From: Deltaproteobacteria bacterium
GTDB taxonomy: Bacteria > Myxococcota_A > UBA9160 > SMWR01
Direction of reading: 5' to 3'
Length of the DNA stretch: 19,995 nucleotides
NCBI GenBank assembly: GCA_032128115.1
Contig: JAQBHB010000113.1
Coordinates: 1 to 19,995 of the forward strand
Shown one piece after another: positions 7,790-15,970 of this stretch. Position numbers and translations under genes: made by a program. Numbering within the stretch: the stretch's first letter is position 1; every line of letters starts with the position of its first letter. Below the pieces are notes generated by a model. The model ran no database searches. It saw nothing but the letters and a program-made list of their open reading frames with translations, and had not been told where the DNA came from.

Positions 7790-9100
7790 TCAGGAGGCGT
7801 CGCGGGCCAGGCGGATGCCGCTGAACTGCCAGCGCGCGTGGGGAAAGAAGAAGTTCCGGTAGGTGGCTCGGATGTGGGAGCGTGCGGTCGCGCAGGAGCC
7901 GCCGCGCAGGGTCAGCTGGTTGCACATGAACTTCCCGTTGTATTCGCCCAGCGCCCCCTCGGGTGCCTGGTAGCCGGGATACGGGGCGTAGGGGCTGCGC
8001 GTCCACTCCCACACGTCTCCGAACATCTGGTGGGGCCCGGGGCCAGAGGCCACGGCGGGTGCGGGATGGAAGTGTTCGCCCTCGACGAAGTTTCCTTCGA
8101 TGGCGACGTCGGCGGCTGCGCACTCCCACTCGGCCTCGCTGGGCAGGCGCGCATGGGCGAAGCGGGCGTAGGCGTCGGCTTCGTAGAGGCTCACGTGGGT
8201 CACCGGCTCGTCCGGGTGGAGCGGTTGCAGTCCGGACAGGGTGACCGTGAACCAGGCCCCCTCGCGCTGCTGCCAATACAGGGGGGCCTGCCAGCCCGAG
8301 GATTCGCAGGCGGCCCATCCGTCGGAGAGCCACAACGCCGGACGCTCGTAGCCCCCGGCTTCCAGGAAGCCCAGGTATTCGCCGTTGGTGACCGGCCGCG
8401 ATCCCAGCTGAAACGCTTCCAGGAAGGTCCGGTGCCGCGGGCCCTCGTTGTCGAAGGCAAAGCCCCGGCCGTCGTGGCCGATCCAGCGCAACCCCTCGTC
8501 GTAGGCGTGCCAGGTATGCGCCACGGGAGGGCCGGGCTCCGCCGGTCGCGCGGCTGCGTATGCCGGGTGCAGCGGGTTGTGGGAGAGCGCGTGTTTGAAG
8601 TCCGTGAGGATCAGTTCCTGGTGCTGCTGTTCGTGGTGGAGTCCCATTTCGATTACGCGGGCCAGCTCCGCGTCCAGGTCGGGTCCCTTGGAGAGCAGGG
8701 TCTGCAGGTGCTGATCCACGTGACTTCGGTAGGCCAGTACTTCTTCCAGCGACGGGCGCGTGAGCAGGCCGCGCTGGGAGCGCGGGTACTGGGCGCCCAC
8801 CGTCTGGTAGTAGGAGTTGAACAGGTAGCGATAGTCGGGCCGGTAGCTGCGGTAGGCCATCTCCGCGTTCTCCAACACGAAGGTCTCGAAGAACCAGGTG
8901 GTGTGCGCCAGGTGCCACTTCACGGGGCTCGCGTCTTCCATGGACTGGGCGCCGCAGTCTTCCGGCGAAAGGGGGGCCGCGAGTCGCTCGCTGCGTTCGC
9001 GGACGCCGCGGTATCGCTGCGAGAGATCGGCGTTCCCGTCGCCCAGGGCATCCGACGGAAGCGGGTCAGGGCCGTGCAAAACGCCTGTGCGTTCGATCAT
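7790..9100 (-). CDS. egtB: Ergothioneine biosynthesis sulfoxide synthase EgtB (DinB_2 plus FGE-sulfatase domains)
   Basis: Motifs QSMEDASPVKWHLAHTTWFFE, FNSYY, HHEQQHQELILTD (Fe-binding His), RLPSEAEWE, GEYNGKFMCNQ, YRNFF..ARWQFSGIRLA. SD GAGGAG lies 8 nt before ATG 9100. Confidence 0.93.
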   Translation of the reverse strand: MIERTGVLHGPDPLPSDALGDGNADLSQRYRGVRERSERLAAPLSPEDCGAQSMEDASPVKWHLAHTTWFFETFVLENAEMAYRSYRPDYRYLFNSYYQTVGAQYPRSQRGLLTRPSLEEVLAYRSHVDQHLQTLLSKGPDLDAELARVIEMGLHHEQQHQELILTDFKHALSHNPLHPAYAAARPAEPGPPVAHTWHAYDEGLRWIGHDGRGFAFDNEGPRHRTFLEAFQLGSRPVTNGEYLGFLEAGGYERPALWLSDGWAACESSGWQAPLYWQQREGAWFTVTLSGLQPLHPDEPVTHVSLYEADAYARFAHARLPSEAEWECAAADVAIEGNFVEGEHFHPAPAVASGPGPHQMFGDVWEWTRSPYAPYPGYQAPEGALGEYNGKFMCNQLTLRGGSCATARSHIRATYRNFFFPHARWQFSGIRLARDAS

Positions 9101-9122
9101 GGACGGGGCTCCTCGTGCGCTC

Positions 9123-9131
9123 ATGCTACCA
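9123..9131 (-). promoter_or_regulatory. Putative extended -10 promoter (TGgTAGCAT) for egtB
   Basis: Minus strand reads TG-g-TAGCAT-gagcgcac-GAGGAG-8 nt-ATG. Confidence 0.45.
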
Positions 9132-9179
9132 GCCCGCGGATGGATTGCAGACTCCGCTTCGGTACCCTGCGCGGTGAGA

Positions 9180-11165
9180 ATGGACTTCCCCCTGCTGTTC
9201 TCGCCTCTGAAGATCGGACCGGTCGAGGCACGCAACCGCGTCGTCTTCGGGGCCCACTTCACCATGTACTCGGAGCCGGCGTCGCGCTGGGGCGAGCCCG
9301 GCTTCTACGGCGAGCGCCTGGGGCGCTATCTGGCTGAGCGCGCCCGGGGCGGCGTCGCCGTGGTGATCGCAGGGCAGACCCAGGTGCATCCCACCACCGC
9401 CTACCAGATGGCCAACAACGCCATGGCCTGGGATCCGGCGGCGGTGCCCCACTTCCGGCGGGTGACAGGGCCCGTGCACGATCACGGGGCGCTCGCATTC
9501 ATTCAGCTGGCCCACAACGGGGGCGTCAACCACGGTGCCTGGTCGAAGCTTCCGGTGCTGGCGCCGTCGGAGGTGGCCAACTACCTGGAGCCGCCCAAGC
9601 GCATCGAGAAGCACGAGATCCTGGAACTCGTGGAACACTTTTCCCGGTCGGCGCACCACGCTGCGCAGGGCGGCTTCGACGGTATCGAGATCCACGCGGC
9701 CCATGGCTACCTCATTCATGAGTTCCTGTCGCCCAGGAGCAACCGGCGCGACGATGAGTACGGCGGCAGTCTCGAGAACCGCATGCGGTTCGGGGTCGAG
9801 GTCCTGACGGCGGTGCGCGAGGCAGTGGGCCCTGGTGTGGCCGTGGGCCTGCGACTCGTGGGAGACGAGGGAGCCGGAGCCTCCGGGCTCACGGCAGCCG
9901 ATGCGGCGGAAATCGGTGCGCGCTTCGAGACTCTGGGGCTCGTGGACTTCTTGAACGTGAGCGTGGGCATCTCCGGTGTGGGGATGGTGCGGCCCATGTA
10001 CGCAAAGCGTAACTTCGGCGTGTACGCGTCCCACGCGGTCAAGCAGGCGGTGGCGGGGGTGCCGGTCTTCGCGGTGCATCGCATCGTGACCCCTGAAGAT
10101 GCAGAAGGCATTCTCGAGCGCGGCGAAGCGGATGGCATCACCCTGGTGCGCGCCCTGATTGCCGATCCGGATTGGGTACGGAAAGCCCGGGACGGCGGGT
10201 CCGGGGCGATCCGCCGCTGCACGGGCTCGAACCAGGGCTGCTACGCGAACCTGCTGCAGAGCCTCCCCGTTACGTGCGTCCAGAATCCGGCGGTGGGCCG
10301 CGAGGACACCCTGGGGCACGGCACCCTGGTGCCCGCCGTGCGCGCGCTCCGCGTGGTGGTGGTGGGCGGCGGGCCGGGGGGGCTCGAGGCGGCGTGGGTA
10401 GCGGCCGCGCGCGGCCACCACGTGCAGCTGTTGGAGCGCAGCAGCGAACTGGGCGGGAAGATCCGCCTGGCCCAGCGCCTGCCCGGGCGCGAGGAACTCT
10501 CCGACTTCGCCGACTGGCGTATCGGGGAGTGCGAGCGGCGCGGTGTCGCCGTGACGCTTCGGACCGAGGCCACGGCGCAATCCGTGCTCGATCTCGAGCC
10601 CGACGCGGTGATCGTGGCCACCGGCGGGCGCGCCACCCTGGAAGGCGCTGCCAAATTCCACCCCATGCCCGTGCCCGGGAGCGACCAGGCGTTCGTGCTG
10701 GATCACGAGCAGGCCCTGATGCGCGCCGATTCCCTGGGGCCGCGCGTGGTGATCCTGGACGCAGTGGGCCACATCGAGGGCATCGGCCTCGGCGAGCTGC
10801 TGGCGTCGGCGGGCGCGCAGGTGACTCTCGCCATGCCCACGCCCACGCCCCTGGCCCTCGACGCCGAGACCATGGCGGCGGCGCTTCCGCGGGCGGTGCG
10901 CGCGGGGGTGACGTGGTGCCCGTCGACGGCACTGGCCGCCATCGGGGAGCGTCAGGTGACCCTGGTGGACCTGATGGCGGGCAAGACCCGCGTGCTCTCG
11001 GACGTGGACCACGTGGTGATCCGAACCCACGGCCTTCCCAACGACGCGCTGTACTTTGCCCTGAAAGGCCGAGTCGCCGACCTGCACCGCATCGGCGACG
11101 CCATCGCCACCCGGCCCGCGGACCGCGCCATCTTCGACGGCCACCTGGCCGGCCGCGCGGTCTAG
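9180..11165 (+). CDS. NADH:flavin oxidoreductase, Old Yellow Enzyme/FadH-like (FMN barrel, Fe-S motif, FAD/NAD domain)
   Basis: Motifs LFSPLKIGPVEARNRVVF, GFDGIEIHAAHGYLIHEFLSPRSNRRDDEYGGSLENRMRF, RALIADP, CTGSNQGC-x11-CVQNP, VVVVGGGPGGLEAA, VIVATG, IGDA. Confidence 0.93.
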   Translation: MDFPLLFSPLKIGPVEARNRVVFGAHFTMYSEPASRWGEPGFYGERLGRYLAERARGGVAVVIAGQTQVHPTTAYQMANNAMAWDPAAVPHFRRVTGPVHDHGALAFIQLAHNGGVNHGAWSKLPVLAPSEVANYLEPPKRIEKHEILELVEHFSRSAHHAAQGGFDGIEIHAAHGYLIHEFLSPRSNRRDDEYGGSLENRMRFGVEVLTAVREAVGPGVAVGLRLVGDEGAGASGLTAADAAEIGARFETLGLVDFLNVSVGISGVGMVRPMYAKRNFGVYASHAVKQAVAGVPVFAVHRIVTPEDAEGILERGEADGITLVRALIADPDWVRKARDGGSGAIRRCTGSNQGCYANLLQSLPVTCVQNPAVGREDTLGHGTLVPAVRALRVVVVGGGPGGLEAAWVAAARGHHVQLLERSSELGGKIRLAQRLPGREELSDFADWRIGECERRGVAVTLRTEATAQSVLDLEPDAVIVATGGRATLEGAAKFHPMPVPGSDQAFVLDHEQALMRADSLGPRVVILDAVGHIEGIGLGELLASAGAQVTLAMPTPTPLALDAETMAAALPRAVRAGVTWCPSTALAAIGERQVTLVDLMAGKTRVLSDVDHVVIRTHGLPNDALYFALKGRVADLHRIGDAIATRPADRAIFDGHLAGRAV

Positions 11166-11167
11166 GA

Positions 11168-11256
11168 CGGGGACGGGGTTGACTATTGACTTTTCACCGA
11201 CACTGGCCGCTCCCTCGAACGCAACGCCGAAAAGTCAATAGTCAACCCCGTCCCCG
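11168..11256. repeat. Perfect 28-bp inverted repeat with a 33-nt spacer (REP/REPIN- or MITE-like; possible bidirectional terminator)
   Basis: Left arm 11168-11195 CGGGGACGGGGTTGACTATTGACTTTTC; right arm 11229-11256 GAAAAGTCAATAGTCAACCCCGTCCCCG. It fills the gap between convergent stop codons at 11165 and 11260. Confidence 0.95.
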
Positions 11257-11259
11257 CTA

Positions 11260-11529
11260 TTAAATCCCCAGGTTGGTCAGCGCGTCGATGACGCGCCCGA
11301 CGGCGGTCGAAAGGGTGGGGTGGGATTCCTCGAAGCTGCGGGTGGCGTCCCGCAGGCGGTCGGCGAGTCCGTCGGGTTCGTCCCCATCGGGGGGCTCGGC
11401 CTGCGCAAGCAGTTTTCGGATGTCTTCGAGTACTTCTTCGAGAAGCTGCTTCGAAGACTCGTCCACCAACGAGGTGTTCGAGAGTTCGCCGTGGAGCGCC
11501 TCGAGATGTTTCCGGAGCTGTTCTTTCAT
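11260..11529 (-). CDS. DUF4404-like small helical protein (89 aa)
   Basis: MKEQLRKHLEALHGEL...LADRLRDATRSFEESHPTLSTAVGRVIDALTNLGI; the FExxHP...LxNxGI C-terminus is characteristic of the family (recalled). ATG at 11529. Confidence 0.85.
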   Translation of the reverse strand: MKEQLRKHLEALHGELSNTSLVDESSKQLLEEVLEDIRKLLAQAEPPDGDEPDGLADRLRDATRSFEESHPTLSTAVGRVIDALTNLGI

Positions 11530-11617
11530 GCTGCGAATATAGTTTTTCGTCAGCGTGCGCGAAAGAAGCCCTGTGGCAGCAGGCCGTTGCGCGGCGCCGG
11601 GCCCGTCCGCGGACCGA

Positions 11618-12856
11618 TCAGGTGCCGAAGGCCGTTCGGATCCGCTCGACGGCGGCCTCGACCCTCTGGCGATCATTGAAGGCGGAGAGGCGCACGTAGC
11701 CCTCGCCGGCGGCGCCGAAGCCGGCGCCCGGGGTGCCCACCACGTGGACTTCGGACAGCAACCGGTCGAAGAACTCCCACGAGGAGTTGCCGCGCGGTGT
11801 TCGCATCCAGATGTAGGGAGCGTGCTCGCCGCCGAACACCCTGAATCCGGCGGCGCCCAGGCCCTGGCGCAACACGCCGGCATTGCCCATGTAGTACGAC
11901 ACCTGCTCGCCGGTTTGTTTGCGTCCCTCGGGAGAGAACACGGCCTCCGCCGCGCGCTGGACCACGTAGGGCACGCCGTTGAACTTGGTGGCCTGGCGGC
12001 GCGCCCACAGGTCGCGAATCGAGACGCGCTCGCCCCCGGCGGCGGTGCCGGTGAGCTCCCGCGGCACCACGGTATAGGCGCAGCGCAAGCCGGTGAAGCC
12101 CGCGCGCTTCGAGAAGCTTCGCATTTCGATGGCGCACTCGCGGGCACCTTCGATTTCGTAGATCGAGCGCGGCAGCGCGGGGTCCTGGATGAAGGCGTCG
12201 TAGGCGGCGTCGAACAACAGCACCGAGTCGTGCTGGCGCGCCCACGCCACCCAGACCTCCAGATTGGCGCGCGAGGCCACCGCCCCGGTGGGATTGTTGG
12301 GCGAGCACAGGTAGACCAGGTCCACCGCCCGGTCCGGGGGGCCGGGCATGAAGCCGTTGGCTTCGTTGGCCGGGAGATACACGATGCCCTGATAGCGACC
12401 CTGGTCGTCGGCGTCGCCGGTGCGCCCGGCCATCACGTTGGTGTCGACGTAGACCGGGTACACCGGATCGGTCACCGCCAGGCTGCAGCCCTGTCCGAAG
12501 ATTTCCTGGATGTTTCCGCTGTCCTGCTTGCTGCCATCGGAGACGAAGATCTCGTCCGCTTCCACGGATGCGCCGCGCGCCCTGTAATCGTGTTCGAGAA
12601 TGGCGTCCACGAGAAAGTCGTAGCCGCCGCGGTCCGGTCCGTAGCCGCGGAACCCTTCGACGGTGCCCAGCTCCGAGGCCGCGCTTCGCAGGGCCTCGAC
12701 GATGGCGGGAGCGAGCGGCAGCGTGACGTCGCCGATGCCCAGCCGGATCAGGTCCGCGTCCGGGTTCGCTTGCTGGAAATCGGCCACCCGCCGGCCGATC
12801 TCGGGAAACAGGTACCCGGCCCGAAGCTTCCGATAGTTCTCGTTGATCCGTGCCAT
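11618..12856 (-). CDS. dapL: LL-diaminopimelate aminotransferase
   Basis: Motifs [68 protein letters not shown]-lysine motif [41 protein letters not shown]. Confidence 0.96.
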   Translation of the reverse strand: MARINENYRKLRAGYLFPEIGRRVADFQQANPDADLIRLGIGDVTLPLAPAIVEALRSAASELGTVEGFRGYGPDRGGYDFLVDAILEHDYRARGASVEADEIFVSDGSKQDSGNIQEIFGQGCSLAVTDPVYPVYVDTNVMAGRTGDADDQGRYQGIVYLPANEANGFMPGPPDRAVDLVYLCSPNNPTGAVASRANLEVWVAWARQHDSVLLFDAAYDAFIQDPALPRSIYEIEGARECAIEMRSFSKRAGFTGLRCAYTVVPRELTGTAAGGERVSIRDLWARRQATKFNGVPYVVQRAAEAVFSPEGRKQTGEQVSYYMGNAGVLRQGLGAAGFRVFGGEHAPYIWMRTPRGNSSWEFFDRLLSEVHVVGTPGAGFGAAGEGYVRLSAFNDRQRVEAAVERIRTAFGT

Positions 12857-12864
12857 GGCCGCGA

Positions 12865-12873
12865 ACCATAGCA
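12865..12873 (-). promoter_or_regulatory. Putative extended -10 (TGcTATGGT) 8 nt before the dapL ATG, consistent with a leaderless transcript
   Basis: Minus strand reads TG-c-TATGGT-tcgcggcc-ATG, with no SD. Confidence 0.5.
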
Positions 12874-12883
12874 ACCTTCGCGC

Positions 12884-14497
12884 TCAGGGATCGATGAGCA
12901 CGCCCGGGTTCAGGATGCCCGCCGGGTCGAGTTCGGCCTTGGCGGCGCGCAGGGCGCGGGCGAAGACGTCCGGGCGCTGGCGGTCGTACCAGGGCCGGTG
13001 GTCGCGCCCCACCGCGTGGTGGTGGGTGATGGTACCGCCGCAACGTTCGATGGCGTCGCTGGCCGCGCTCTTGATCTCGTCCCATTGTTCGAGTTCGCTG
13101 CCGCGACGGCCCGGCGCCAGCACCGTGTAGTAGGGAGCGGCGCCGTCCGGGTAGACGTGGGTGAAGCGACAGGCCAGCGAGCCCGCGCCGCACACGCGTT
13201 TCACCGCATCGTGCGTCGCAGCGGTGACGTCGGCGTGAAAGGCTTCGAAGCGGTCCCACGGGATGGCGGTCTCGAAGGTCTCGGAGATCACCGCAGCTCG
13301 CACAAGCACGTCCCGGATGTAGGGCATGTTCAGGAAGGCGTTGCGCCAGGCCCCAGCCGCTCCCTCGCGGTTGGCGCCCGCATCCGTGCGGGTCGCTCCG
13401 GCCCCTTCGGGCACCTCTCCGCCGGCGTCGCGGCAGCAGGTAAGGGCCCGCGTCATCCACGCGTCGAGCGGGTGGTCGGCAGATTCGAAGCCAAGCACCA
13501 GAACTGCCTCGTTTCCGTCGCCGGCGCCGGAGGTGGTGGCTTCGACGGGATCCAACAACCGGCAGTTGGAGGGGTGGAGTCCCGACTGGGAGAGGATCCG
13601 CACCGCTTCGGCGCCGCGCAGGAAGCCCTCGTCGCCGGTGAAGCGCACCGAGGCCGAGGCGCGAAAGCGGGGTCGATCCTGGAGGCGCATCCACGCCTCG
13701 GTCAGGATGCCCAGGGTCCCTTCGGAGCCGATGGCCAGACGGTCGGGGCTGGGCCCGGCACCCGAGCCCGGGAGCCGTCGGCTCTCCGAGATCCCCGTCG
13801 GGGTCAGCATGCGCAGCGACTGCACGAATTCATCGATGTGGGTGTAGAGGGTCGCGTAGTGCCCGCCGGAACGCGTGGCAATCCAGCCGCCCAACGTGGA
13901 GAACTCGAACGACTGGGGGAAGTGACGCAGGCTCAGGCCGTGGGGTCGCAGGGCGTCTTCCAGCGCGGGCCCGAAGATACCGGCCTGGATGCGCGCCGAA
14001 CGCGAGGAGCGCTCGATCTCCAGCACCCGATCGAGACGGCCCAGGTCGATGGAGACGGCGCCGCGGTAGCCCTCGCCAAGACGCGCTTCGACTCCCGCCA
14101 CCACGCTCGTGCCGCCGCCGTAGGGGATGGCGGCGACGTGCGCGTCGCTGCACCAGTCCAGCAGCGCCACCACGTCATCCTCGTGGCGAGGGAAGGCGAC
14201 CGCATCCGGCGCGTTCGCGAAGTCTCCGCGCACCGCGCGCACCACGTCGCGATATGAGGCTCCATAGGTATGCGAGGCTCGGTCGCGGGGATTCGACGAG
14301 CAGATCGGGGCCAGTGTCGCCGGCGGCGACACCTGCGGAGCGGGCAGCGACACGTCTTCCAGGCGGGGCTCGGGCGCCAGCTCCAGGGGGTCGCAGGCAA
14401 ATCGCTGCGCCAGGGTGCGCGCGATCCCCGCCGCCTGGGAGGCGTCGGGCCCTGCGTCCTCCCAGCCCCAGCCCCAGAATTTTCGAAGGCGCTCCAT
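12884..14497 (-). CDS. agpS: FAD-linked oxidoreductase, alkyl-dihydroxyacetonephosphate synthase-like (VAO/PCMH family)
   Basis: Motifs FWGWG, PYGGGTSVVAG, HFPQSFEFSTLGGWIATRSGGH, GPSPDRLAIGSEGTLGILTEAW, ETFETA, CRFTHVYPDG, GGTITHHHAVG, DPAGILNPG. Closely resembles mycobacterial AgpS as recalled; the actual substrate is not established. Confidence 0.85.
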   Translation of the reverse strand: MERLRKFWGWGWEDAGPDASQAAGIARTLAQRFACDPLELAPEPRLEDVSLPAPQVSPPATLAPICSSNPRDRASHTYGASYRDVVRAVRGDFANAPDAVAFPRHEDDVVALLDWCSDAHVAAIPYGGGTSVVAGVEARLGEGYRGAVSIDLGRLDRVLEIERSSRSARIQAGIFGPALEDALRPHGLSLRHFPQSFEFSTLGGWIATRSGGHYATLYTHIDEFVQSLRMLTPTGISESRRLPGSGAGPSPDRLAIGSEGTLGILTEAWMRLQDRPRFRASASVRFTGDEGFLRGAEAVRILSQSGLHPSNCRLLDPVEATTSGAGDGNEAVLVLGFESADHPLDAWMTRALTCCRDAGGEVPEGAGATRTDAGANREGAAGAWRNAFLNMPYIRDVLVRAAVISETFETAIPWDRFEAFHADVTAATHDAVKRVCGAGSLACRFTHVYPDGAAPYYTVLAPGRRGSELEQWDEIKSAASDAIERCGGTITHHHAVGRDHRPWYDRQRPDVFARALRAAKAELDPAGILNPGVLIDP

Positions 14498-14546
14498 CGG
14501 CGCCAGAGTACCAACCCGCACCGCCCGGTGTGCCAGAATGCGCGCC
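14498..14546. promoter_or_regulatory. 49-bp divergent spacer with back-to-back extended -10 elements, each 7 nt before an ATG
   Basis: Minus strand: TG-g-TACTCT (14513..14505)-7 nt-ATG 14497. Plus strand: TG-c-CAGAAT (14531-14539)-7 nt-ATG 14547. Confidence 0.5.
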
Positions 14547-15167
14547 ATGGGGGATCCGGGCCGGGCACGCCGCCGCCTTCCGCTGCTGGGGGCGGGCGCC
14601 GTGGTGGCCGCTGTGACCGGGGCGCTCGGCTGGGCGACCACCGATCAGCTGGAGCGCGACAACGACTTCTGCAACGCCTGCCATCTGGAGCCGGGAGTTC
14701 CGCTCCATCTCGAGATCCGCCGCGACTTCGATGCGTGGCCCCCGACCTCCCTGGCCGCAGGCCACGCGGCTGCGTTTCTCGGACGCGATGCCGCCGAGGA
14801 ATTCCGCTGCATCGACTGCCACGGGGGTGTCAGCGCCCTGGGAAGGGCGCGAGTGAAGGCGCTCGCCGCGGGCGACGCGTTCTGGTACGTGGTGGGGCAG
14901 TTCGAGGAGCCCGAGGGCATGGACTGGCGACTCTGGGACGAGGACTGTCGCCAGTGCCACGAGAACTTCGACGAGACGGAACCTCTCGGCTGGCGGTCGC
15001 CCCAGTTCCACCAGTTGGCAGTCCACAACGTGGAACTGGGCGTCGACTGTGTGGAGTGCCACCGGGCGCATGCCGGCGGCGAGGCTTCGAAGCATTTCCT
15101 GGGCGTGGCCTGGGTGCGAACCCAGTGTGCGCGCTGTCATTCCGAATTCGAGGAGGACGATGGATGA
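14547..15167 (+). CDS. Membrane-anchored pentaheme cytochrome c, NapC/NirT-like N-terminus
   Basis: N-terminal RRR plus hydrophobic helix, then five CxxCH motifs: CNACH, CIDCH, CRQCH, CVECH, CARCH. Alternative ATG at 14538. Confidence 0.88.
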   Translation: MGDPGRARRRLPLLGAGAVVAAVTGALGWATTDQLERDNDFCNACHLEPGVPLHLEIRRDFDAWPPTSLAAGHAAAFLGRDAAEEFRCIDCHGGVSALGRARVKALAAGDAFWYVVGQFEEPEGMDWRLWDEDCRQCHENFDETEPLGWRSPQFHQLAVHNVELGVDCVECHRAHAGGEASKHFLGVAWVRTQCARCHSEFEEDDG

Positions 15168-15970
15168 GGATGGGTACTGCTCTCACGATTTCGGCGAGCG
15201 CGTGGGCCGTGCTGGCGGCTCCGCTCGTGTCGAACGCCTACCCGGGTGGCACGCCGGATTTCCAGACCAACGTGGCGCCCTTCTGCGCGAGCTGTCACTC
15301 GTCGCGAAGTCTCGAGGCGCTGGACGGCGAAGCCGCAAGCAAGCAGATGGTCGATCGCAAGCACATCGCACTGATCCTGGAGGGGAAGCAGGGCTACGAG
15401 GCGCTGAGCGACGTCGACCGCCAGACCCTGGTGGCACAGATCCTCGCGCTGGATGAGGCCTCGACGGTGCGGCTTTCAGCGCCGGCCCAGGTGGCCCCGG
15501 GGGCCACGCTTCGCGTGACGGTGCACGTCACCGGCGGGGGCGGCCCTGTGGTGGGCGTCGCGCTGGTGGATCGCGACCACCGCTGGCACGCGAGGCCCGC
15601 GTCCGCCGCCGGCTGGCAGGTCACGGCGCCACCCGCCATCACGGGTCCCGACGGCCAGGCCCAGAGCGGCTGGCTCGACAAACGCCCAGAGACTCGCGAT
15701 CGCAACCTCTCCTACGTCAACATCACGGGCGTGGCCTCGGATCCCGCCACACAGAACTGGTCGAGCGCACAGGTCACCTTCACCCTGCGGGCGCCGGATC
15801 GACCCGGCAGCTATCCCCTGGCGGCTGCCTATCTGTACGGGACCGAGAAGTCGAGCGTGCTGGGCTACACGACCGACGCAGTGGGCCGGAAGAACGTGCG
15901 CGGGGGATTCACCGGTGGCTCGGGCCGCGTGCTGTTCACGCCGGTGCAGGAGATCCGGGTTCAGGAGTAG
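15164..15970 (+). CDS. Secreted protein with one CxxCH and a beta-sandwich (Reeler/Ig-like) C-terminal domain
   Basis: ATG 15164 overlaps the upstream TGA (ATGA), with AGGAGG 7 nt before. Signal peptide ends ...SNA-YPGG, followed by FCASCH. Later alternating beta-strand patterns (VRLSAPAQVAPGATLRVTVHVTGG, VTFTLRAPDRPGSYPL). The fold is an inference. Confidence 0.75.
   Translation: MRMGTALTISASAWAVLAAPLVSNAYPGGTPDFQTNVAPFCASCHSSRSLEALDGEAASKQMVDRKHIALILEGKQGYEALSDVDRQTLVAQILALDEASTVRLSAPAQVAPGATLRVTVHVTGGGGPVVGVALVDRDHRWHARPASAAGWQVTAPPAITGPDGQAQSGWLDKRPETRDRNLSYVNITGVASDPATQNWSSAQVTFTLRAPDRPGSYPLAAAYLYGTEKSSVLGYTTDAVGRKNVRGGFTGGSGRVLFTPVQEIRVQE

Noticed and set aside
7790..9100. Selenoneine synthase SenA or ovothiol synthase OvoA
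   Set aside because: No senB/senC neighbours and no C-terminal methyltransferase domain; the motifs fit EgtB.
9180..11165. Mycofactocin-system FadH/OYE oxidoreductase or another specific substrate call
   Set aside because: No mft genes in the window; the motifs support only the family-level call.
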